Assembly: GCA_964016885.1 (NCBI GenBank)
Contig: OZ024741.1
Location: 10,354,001 to 10,418,000 of the forward strand
From: Eledone cirrhosa
Taxonomy: Eukaryota
Direction: 5' to 3'
DNA: 64,000 bases
The translations under genes and the position numbers were made by a program. Each line of letters begins with the position of its first letter. The first letter of the stretch is position 1. Below are positions 9,597 to 18,300 of the stretch, piece by piece. The notes under the pieces are model-generated. The model was given only the letters and a program-made list of their open reading frames with translations, was not told where the DNA came from and did not search any database.

Positions 9597-9811
9597 TTCC
9601 CTTGCTTTTATCGAGAATCTAATTGTAATACGTGACGTATTCTATTCTATAGCGATTAGGTCTTCAAAATGTTTATTATAAACATACAGAATATTTTCGA
9701 ATATTCTATGTCTATATTCACATATATATCGCTATTTCAGAGCATTTATTCCAATTATATACATACTATGTATGTTAATCACATACATATATATTTTATT
9801 ATTATAATCCC

Positions 9812-9929
9812 GCTGAAGTTAGTCTTACCTTTCACCCTTACGGGGGTCAATAAATAAGATCTTTCTGTCTATTATCCGCCCCTAATATTGTTGGCCTTGT
9901 GTCTAAATCAGAGACAATTATTATTATTA
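9812..9929 (+). mobile_element. SINE 3' fragment with (ATT)n tail
   Basis: TTACCTTTCACCCTTACGGGGGTCAATAAATAAG...TTGGCCTTGTGTCTAAATCAGAGACAATTATT matches the body and tail of the SINE at 14203-14392. Confidence 0.7.
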
Positions 9930-9930
9930 A

Positions 9931-10097
9931 CTGAGGTTAGCTTTACCTTTCATCTTTACGGGGGTAGATAAAATAAAGTACCAGTAATGTACTGGGGCAG
10001 ATTAATCGACTTCCTCCTCCTACAAAACATATAAACGGTTGGCCCTCTGCCTAAATCAGAAGCCATTACTACTATTATTATTATTATTATTATTATT
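9931..10097 (+). mobile_element. Second SINE 3' fragment, same family, with (ATT)n tail
   Basis: GAGGTTAGCTTTACCTTTCATCTTTACGGGGGTAGATAAAATAAAGTACCAGTAATGTACTGGGG shared with the neighbouring fragment and with 14203-14392 (-). Confidence 0.75.
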
Positions 10098-10312
10098 GGT
10101 TGGTGAAGCCACGCTTCTTATCGCCTCCAGTCTTTTTCAACGTTTTACCTCTTTTTCAACCGTTCTAAACCTTTTATTCAAGTTTTAAATTTGATAAAAG
10201 TTTAGAAGAAGTGACCCACCTAATACAGCGGTTCACTCGTAAATAATACGGCACCCCTTTACGGGGTGTCGTATTCGTATTTGTGTAAAAATATTTTTTG
10301 AAAAATTTCAAC

Positions 10313-12318
10313 ATGGATAACACAAAAACGAGAGGGAGCGCTGTCAGACAACACAGAGAGAGGGAGACTTTATCAGCATATCAACAAGACAGCGTTCCAG
10401 CGGAGGTAAATATAAACGTAAATATTACAAAGGAAAAAAAGATTGTTACAGATTTAAAATTGACAAATGTTTCTAACACAAACAACACCAACAATAACAC
10501 CAACAACAACACCAACAATAACACCATCAATAACAACAGCAACAATAAAAATAACAGCGGTAAAGTCGAGAACGACAATAACAAAAATAACAGCGGTAAG
10601 GCCGAGAACGACAATAACAATGAAAATAACAACAGCCACAACAACAATAATAGTAGGAACACTATCAACAAAAACAACAATAATAACAACAGCCACAATA
10701 ACAGTAAGAGCAGCAACAGTATCAACGAAAACATCAACAATGACATCGATACCTGTAACAGCGACCTCAGCACTACCAGTAAGACCAGTAGCGGCAGCAA
10801 TAGTGGTGCTGCTGAAAAAGGGACCACTTCTTTTGCAGGTGTCGCCCGAAATATCGAGACAGTTTTAGTCACAGAGGAGGAGATGGCAGTCGCAAAGGCC
10901 ATGGTGACAAGAAGCGCAAATAGAGTTTCCCTGAAACCTCCACCCGATTGTTTCAAGGACCAGCAGCTACGGACGGTAACTTACCGCACCGTAAGCAAAA
11001 TCTCACATCGGGTGGAGAGAGCCACGGAGGCTCAAATCCAAAAGGCCTTGGGGTGCGCCTGGGCACGCAAAACCCACATCACCTGAAGCAGAAAGTACGC
11101 CACAGTAGACGTACTTGTCGCCACCCCCTAGGAAGCAAGGTCTCACTCTTTGGAAACCCTAAAGAGTGAGGAGTTAGTCTTGGTGCCCTCCTACTGCGGG
11201 CAGAAAATTGTGAGGGTCAAAGTGACCCAGGTCCCACCCGACGTGCCCATACCTTGGCTGGCCGCGTCTGTCCTTGTTGGAATTGAGAACAGGGCGACCA
11301 TGCTGCAAGTAGAAAAAATAGGGAGAGAGAACTGGTCAGGTATAGGCATGCAAATGCTTATACAAACTGACCAGGAATGTATCGAGGCTATCCCCGATAT
11401 CATAGACTTTGAGGAAGGACTCCAACTCCCTATAAGTGTAGAAGGAAGACGGCCAAAATGTTATCTCTGTGGGTCGAAAGGTCACCTCAGGGCCTTTTGC
11501 CCGCAGAAGACATCGAAGAGGGCCCCTCTCCTTCCAATACCTGGTCCGCTGCTACCAAGAGCAGGACAGGCAACAAACAAAGAAGCCCCTTCCACGGTGA
11601 GTAGGAGGGCAACGTCCGTAACACCCGTACCAAGGCCACGGATAACTAAAGCAGCATCATCAGTAGCGGCAACACCAATAGCTACATTTGAAATAGCTAC
11701 ACCAGCAACAACATTGCCGAAGAGGGCTCCACTACCACCACCAACAGCCGTGGAGCACATACCCCTCCCAGACGCCACAGAATCCGACATGGAGTTTGAG
11801 GCAGGAGTGACGTGGCAAACTGTCTGCCACAAAAACAAAAAAAAAACAAAAAAACACTTAGATTCACCCTCCAAAAGCGAAGGCATACAAAGAGGGGTAA
11901 AGGCAGCAAGGAAACTTGCAGCAAAACCACCACAAACACCAACAACGCAAACACAACAAGACACACACACCAAACAGCAACAAGAAGAAAACGTCAACAA
12001 AATCACCCCTCCCTCCAAAAAAGTACACAGCCATAAACAGCAAAAAAAGAACTCATAAAATATATAAAGCAGCACACAGACATCACGGAAAAAAATTACT
12101 ACACCCCACCAACACCAAGAGCTCTCCCGACAAACATAAGCATCATCGAAATCTCATTAGAACAATACAAACCTTTAAAACAAAAATTCCCCAACGCAGT
12201 TGGAGACTTCAGAGGGACGGTTACCAAGAGGATATACACTGACATCCTCTTGGAAACACCCATGACCAGCGAAAGGGACGGTTCTACTGTCCCTTCACCA
12301 CACGAACAAGGTAAGTGA
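10313..12318 (+). pseudogene. LINE ORF1 (zinc knuckle protein), disrupted
   Basis: ATG 10313; Asn-rich tract; in-frame stops TGA 11084-11086 and TAG 11129-11131; EGRRPKCYLCGSKGHLRAFCP (CX2CX4HX4C); probable frameshift in the A-run ~12042-12049; the shifted frame stays open to TGA 12316-12318. Confidence 0.8.
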
Positions 12319-12350
12319 CCCTTTCTCTTTTGCCCCGTTTCTCATCCAAC

Positions 12351-14008
12351 ATGGCTGTACTCAGAATAGGCAGTATAAATGCACGTGGCCTGGGGTCATC
12401 TTGGAAGCAGGGTCACCTGCTCAATGACCTCAGGTCACTAAACATAGATGTGGTGGCCATCAGTGAAACCAGAATCTCCGAGGCACGGGCCTTTGCACCG
12501 ATCTTCGGCGGCTACGATGTATACGCATCTCCCAGCCGTCCAGGATCGGGGGGAGGGGTTGCCGTCCTTTTTCGGAGAGGCTTGGATTTCGCGATATGGG
12601 CCATCTTCCTGGACCCAGAAGGTAAGTCGGTGGTGCTGTACGTGACTGGCAGCGAAGGCATTGCTTTCAGGCTAGTAGCCGTCTACGCCCCAACAGGGGC
12701 AGGACGGCCAGATTTCTTCAGACGTCTAGAGACCTTTCTTGGAACGTCCCGCTCTTTAGTGTTAGTGGGCGACTGGAACGGTATCTTGGATGCACGCTGG
12801 GATCGTGTGGGGCTAGTGGATAGGGGAGGAAGGTGCAAGAGCCTCACCAACCTGCTCAGACGTTTTGAACTGTCTGACAGGTATCGACTGGATCACCCGA
12901 ATGTGCCAATGTGGACATGGACAAACCGCATCGGGTCATCCAGGTCGTATCTAGATAGGGTATTCTGCAGGGAACTAGATAAGGCTAGTATAAGTTGTCC
13001 ACAATTTAAAATAGTCGACTACACAGACCACAAATTTGTGATCTGTGAGATCGACATAGACAGACTTCATAGACAAGGGCCCGGTTACTGGAAGCTGAAC
13101 GCGTCTTTCCCGGCGCGCAAGGCCTACAGAGACCGGATTAGCGTATTAGTTAAGCGGGCGTTGACGGGAGCGGTCGTCAACAACAGGTGGTGGTTCGCCC
13201 TGAAAAGGGCAATTAAAGTAGAGTCGATTAGATTTAGCAAAGGAGTAGTGATAGAGGAAAATAGAGTAGAGGGAGAGCTAGTCAGAAAGCTAGAAGAGGC
13301 GTTTCGGACAGGTATCGCAACCGACGTGCTTGCGGCGAGATTGGCACTCGACCAATTCTTCAACGCAAAACACGAAGGCTGCGTTGTCAGAGCTAGAGCG
13401 CGTGCTCTGAAACACGAGGGGACAAAAGCCGTCCAATGGGCCCGGGTGGCAGAGGCGCGACGTGGCAATAAAGCCACAATTCGGTGTTTGTCTGACCAAA
13501 GCGGGTGCGTGATGCTCGAACCCGAGCGGATGTGTGAAGCTTTTCAGCAGCACTTTGCTGAACTGTTCGGGAGCGGCGGCGGCCCGGATCGGGACATGGA
13601 CTTCAGTGCATACCTCGACGGACTGCCTCGGCTCTCGACGACCGCAGCACAGTGTTGCGAAAAGCCAATAACAGCCGTTGAAATACGGGAAGCGATGGTT
13701 CCCCAGGTTTAGATGGTCTGCCCTACGAGCTTTATGCATTTATGCCAGACTTGTTCGGTGATCTCTTGGCAGACGTCTACTGCAACTGGCAGCAGAACGG
13801 GAGCATTCCCAGTTTTGTTAGCCGGGGAGCGGTGGGGCTGCTGAGAAACGACCCGAACAATAGGGATGTTATCGATAATTTCAGGCCCATAACTCTGCTA
13901 AACGCAGAGTTCAAGATTTTGGCCAAGGTGTTAGCAACGAGGTTGGCGCTTGTCGTCAAGGGTCTGGTGGGAGAGGCGCAGACATGTGAATGGGACCGCT
14001 CTGTAGTT
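12351..14008 (+). pseudogene. LINE ORF2: APE endonuclease plus N-terminal RT fragment
   Basis: APE motifs SINARGL, AISETR, GGGVAVL, VYAP, LVGDWN, SYLDR, TDH; GPGYWKLN linker; after frameshifts PGLDGLPYELY and NFRPITLLNAEFKILAKVLATRL...EAQ; no YADD motif. Confidence 0.92.
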
Positions 14009-14202
14009 TGAAAGATGGAAAAATTGAGAGAGGGCGCTTGCCCTGGTGGTCAGGGTGGCCGTGGTCTTTTGTGTGGTTTTCGCCACGAGTAACCCTCGGA
14101 TGTTTCCCCCCTATTGGGGAATTTTTCATTGTTTCAATTTTCATTTTTATTGTTTATATATATATATGTTTCTATGTCTTTTTTTTTTCTTTTCTTATAT
14201 AA

Positions 14203-14392
14203 ATAATTGTTTCTACTTTTGGCACCAGGCCAGTAATTACCCAGTACATTACTGGTACTTTATTTTCTCCACACCGTAAGGTTAAAGGCAAAGTTAACCT
14301 CGACGTGATTTGAACTCAGAATAGCAAGGGCCGTAACTCAAAGCGTCAAAGCATGGCGTCCGACCCTCTACCGATACTGCCAATCCACCGCC
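14203..14392 (-). mobile_element. tRNA-derived SINE (cephalopod-type), near full length
   Basis: Minus strand: A-box-like TGGCAGTATCGG, B-box GAGTTCAAATC, then the body shared with 9812-10097 and an AT-rich tail. Confidence 0.8.
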
Positions 14393-14496
14393 CTTTTTCT
14401 TATATAAATAATAAAAATATTTACACGCACAAAACCGTCCTGTGCCGTCTGTAATGTTTTTCTTGATGTGAGCCCTTGTGGCCAATAAAGAAATCA

Positions 14497-14649
14497 TTGT
14501 TATTACTGTTGTTGTTGTTGTTGTTCTTGTTATTACTGTTGTTGTTGTTGTTGTTGTTGTTCTTGTTATTATTGTTGTTGTTCTTGTTGTTCTTGTTAAT
14601 ACTGTTGTTCTTGTTGTTCGTATGTGTGTGTGTGTGCATATGTATATAC

Positions 14650-14686
<37 letters not shown>

Positions 14687-14745
14687 CAAACCAACACACA
14701 CACACACATACGCACACACACATATATATATACACACATATATCC
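14497..14745. repeat. (GTT)n-rich tract followed by (TG)/(TA)/(CA) microsatellites
   Basis: Direct reading. Confidence 0.9.
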
Positions 14746-15010
14746 ATGACATGTATGTCATGTTTGAGACGTGATCGTTTATTGTTGTTAATTTAAGAGA
14801 AATGCCTAAATAATAGAAAAGCAATGATTTTTATAGGAAATATATATTGATAATAAGATGACTTATTGTGAAGGCAGCGGGGCGGAGGTGTATCTGCTTT
14901 CAGCATGGATGACTTTAATGACTGGAGGTGAGCGGCTGGTGTTGACAGTGTAATTGATTGTGATGTGCTGTTGTTAGTGCTGCTCTTATTGATGTTGGTT
15001 GTGGAGGTAG

Positions 15011-15285
15011 GTGGGCTTGTGGTGAGTGTGTTGGACTTACGATTGTAAGGTCGTCAGTTCGATTCTAGGCTGGGTTGTGTGTTGTGGTCTTGAGCAAACA
15101 CTTCATTTCACCTTGCTTCAGTATACTCAGGTGAAAATGAGTTACAACAATAGCTGGAGGGCGTAACCCTGCGATGGACAGGCGTCAGGGCCAGGGGGGA
15201 GTGTTGTACTATCAGTCGCTTAACACCACGAAAACCGAGATAAGCTCCGGCCTGAAGAGTCCCCGGGTCTGAGACAGACTTTACA
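15011..15285 (+). mobile_element. tRNA-derived SINE of a second family (CORE/V-domain-like)
   Basis: tRNA-like head GTGGGCTTGTGG...GTTCGATTCT; CTTGAGCAAACACTTCA core-like block; CCCTGCGATGGAC and GATAAGCTCCGGCC blocks resembling V-SINE domains (from recall). Confidence 0.6.
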
Positions 15286-15312
15286 GGTTTACATTGGAAA
15301 TAGAGGTGTACT

Positions 15313-18300
15313 TGGTAGTGGTAGTGGTGGTGGTGGTGGTGGTGGTGTTGTTGTTGGTGGTGGTGGTGGTGATAGTGGTGGTGGTGGTGGTGGTGGTGAT
15401 AGTGGTGGTGGTGGTGGTGGTGGTGGTGGTGGTGATAGTGGTGGAGGTGGTGGTGGTGGTGGTGGTGGTGATAGTGGTGGAGGTGGTGATAGTGGTGGAG
15501 GTGGTAGTGATAGTGGTGGTGGTGGTGGTGTTGGTGGTGGTGGTGGTGGTGGTGGTGGTGGTGGTGGTGGTGGTGATAGTGGTGGAGGTGGTGGTGTTGG
15601 TGGTGGTGGTGGTGTTGGTGGTGATAGTGGTGTTGGTGGTGGTGATAGTGGTGGTGGTGTTGGTGGTGATAGTGGTGGTGGTGGTGGTGTTGGTGGTGGT
15701 GGTGGTGATAGTGGTGGTGGTGGTGGTGTTGGTGGTGGTGGTGGTGATAGTGGTGGTGGTGGTGGTGGTGGTGGTGGTGGTGGTGGTGATAGTGGTGGTG
15801 GTGGTGGTGTTGGTGGTGGTGGTGTTGATGGTGGTGATGGAGGTGGTGGTGTTGGTGGTGGTGGTGGTGGTGGTGATAGTGGTGGTGGTGGTGGTGGTGG
15901 TGGTGGTGGTGATAGTGGTGGAGGTGGTGGTGTTGGTGGTGGTGGTGGTGGTGGTGGTGGTAGTGGTAGTGGTGGTGGTAGTGGTGGAGGTGGTGGTGTT
16001 GGTGGTGGTGGTGGTGGTGGTGGTGGTGGTAGTGGTAGTGGTGGTGGTAGTGTTGGAGGTGGTGGTGTTGGTGGTGGTGGTGGTGGTGGTGATAGTGGTG
16101 GAGGTGGTGGTGGTGGTGGAGGTGGTGGTGATAGTGGTGGAGGTGGTGGTGGTGGTGATAGTGGTGGTGGTGGTGGTGGTGGTGGAGGTGGTGGTGTTGG
16201 TGTCGTTGGTGGTGGTGGTGATAGTGGTGGCGGTGGTGGTGTTGGTGTTGTTGGTGGTGGTGGTGATAGTGGTGGAGGTGGTGGTGTTGGTGTTGTTGGT
16301 GGTGGTGGTGATAGTGGTGGAGGTGGTGGTGTTGGTGTTGTTGGTGGTGGTGGTGATAGTGGTGGAGTTGGTGTTGTTGGTGTTGTTGGTGGTGGTGGTG
16401 ATAGTGGTGGAGGTGGTGGTGTTGGTGTCGTTGGTGGTGGTGGTGATAGTGGTGGAGGTGGTGGTGTTGGTGTTGTTGGTGGTGGTGGTGATAGTGGTGG
16501 AGGTGGTGGTGTTGGTGTCGTTGGTGGTGGTGGTGATAGTGGTGGAGGTGGTGGTGTTGGTGTTGTTGGTGGTGGTGGTGATAGTGGTGGAGGTGGTGGT
16601 GTTGGTGTTGTTGGTGGTGGTGGTGATAGTGGTGGTGTTGGTGTTGTTGGTGGTGATAGTGGTGGAGGTGGTGATAGTGGTGGAGGTGGTGGTGTTGGTA
16701 TCGTTGGTGGTGGTGGTGATAGTGGTGGAGTTGGTGTTGTTGGTGTTGTTGGTGGTGGTGGTGATAGTGGTGGGTGTGGTGGTGCTGGTGTCGTTGGTGG
16801 TGGTGGTGATAGTGGTGGAGGTGGTGGTGTTGGTGTTGTTGGTGGTGGTGGTGATAGTGGTGGAGGTGGTGGTGTTGGTGTCGTTGGTGGTGGTGGTGAT
16901 AGTGGTGGAGGTGGTGGTGTTGGTGTTGTTGGTGGTGGTGGTGATAGTGGTGGAGGTGGTGGTGTTGGTGTTGTTGGTGGTGGTGGTGATAGTGGTGGAG
17001 GTGGTGGTGTTGGTGTTGTTGGTGGTGGTGGTGATAGTGGTGGAGGTGGTGGTGTTGGTGTCGTTGGTGGTGGTGGTGATAGTGGTGGGTGTGGTGGTGT
17101 TGGTGTCGTTGGTGGTGGTGGTGATAGTGGTGGAGGTGGTGGTGTTGGTGTTGTTGGTGGTGGTGGTGATAGTGGTGGAGGTGGTGGTGTTGGTGTCGTT
17201 GGTGGTGGTGGTGATAGTGGTGGAGGTGGTGGTGTTGGTGTTGTTGGTGGTGGTGGTGATAGTGGTGGAGGTGGTGGTGTTGGTGTTGTTGGTGGTGGTG
17301 GTGATAGTGGTGGAGGTGGTGGTGTTGGTGTTGTTGGTGGTGGTGGTGATAGTGGTGGTGTTGGTGTTGTTGGTGGTGATAGTGGTGGAGGTGGTGGTGT
17401 TGGTGTTGTTGGTGGTGGTGTTGATAGTGGTGGAGGTGGAGGGGGTAGTGTTGGTGTTGTTGGTGGTCGTGGTGATAGTGGTGGAGGTGGTGGTGTTGGT
17501 GTTGTTGGTGGTGGTGGTGATAGTGGTGGAGGGGCTAGTGTTGGTGTCGTTGGTGGTGATAGTGGTGATAGTGGTGGAGGTGGTGGTGTTGGTGTTGTTG
17601 GTGGTGGTGGTGATAGTGGTGGAGGGGGTAGTGTTGGTGTCGTTGGTGGTGATAGTGGTGATAGTGGTGGAGGTGGAGGTGTTGGTGTTGTTGGTGGTGG
17701 AGGTGATAGTGGTGGAGGTGGTGGTGTTGGTGTTGTTGGTGGTGGTGGTGATAGTGGTGGAGGTGGTGGTGTTGGTGTTGTTGGTGGTGGTGGTGATAGT
17801 GGTGCAGGTGGTGGTGTTGGTGTTGTTGGTGGTGGAGGTGATAGTGGTGGAGGTGGTGGTGTTGGTGTTGTTGGTGGTGGTGGTGATAGTGGTGGAGGTG
17901 GAGGGGGTAGTGTTGGTGTTGTTGGTGGTGGTGGTGATAGTGGTGGAGGCGGTGGTGTAGGTGTTGTTGCTGGTGGAGGTGATAGTGGTGGAGGTGGTGG
18001 TGTTGGTGTTGTTGGTGGTGGTGGTGATAGTGGTGGAGGTGGTGTTGTTGGTGTTGTTGGTGGTGGTGGTGATAGTGGTGCAGGTGGTGGTGTTGGTGTT
18101 GTTGGTGGTGGTGGTGATAGTGGTGGAGGGGGTAGTGTTGGTGTTGTTGGTGGTGGTGGTGATAGTGGTGGAGGTGGTGGTGTTGGTGTCGTTGGTGGTG
18201 ATGGTGATAGTGGTGGAGGTGGAGGTGTTGCTGTTGTTGGTGGTGGTGGTGATAGTGGTGGAGGTGGTGGTGTTGGTGTTGTTGGTGGTGGTGGTGATAG

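Larger units (their letters stand above)
7284..9756. mobile_element. Retrozyme-like array: 310-bp hammerhead-containing units, ~4.9 antisense plus ~3.1 sense, head-to-head
   Basis: Units start at 7284, 7594, 7904, 8214, 8524; orientation flips at 8791/8792; inverted units start at 8792, 9102, 9412, 9722 (partial). One hammerhead per unit; ATTATATACATA at 7275-7286 and 9754-9765. Confidence 0.88.
10098..14202 (+). mobile_element. Tx1/L1-type LINE, decayed, with most of the RT missing
   Basis: 5' UTR starting after (ATT)n, ORF1 with a CCHC knuckle, ORF2 with APE endonuclease and RT start, then an abrupt change at ~13988 to a putative 3' end and T-rich UTR. Ends are approximate. Confidence 0.88.

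Noticed and set aside
7284-9756. CRISPR array or ordinary satellite interpretation of the 310-bp repeat
   Set aside because: No unique spacers and no cas genes; the hammerhead core, inversion and flanking duplication fit a retrozyme-like insertion better.
10381-13739. Antisense and alternative-frame ORFs over the LINE
   Set aside because: Shadows of ORF1/ORF2 and of the Asn-rich tract with no independent motifs.
15252-15282. CTGAAGA-GTC...GAC in the SINE 3' end as a possible hammerhead
   Set aside because: No GAAA after the putative stem II and no stem I/III pairing.
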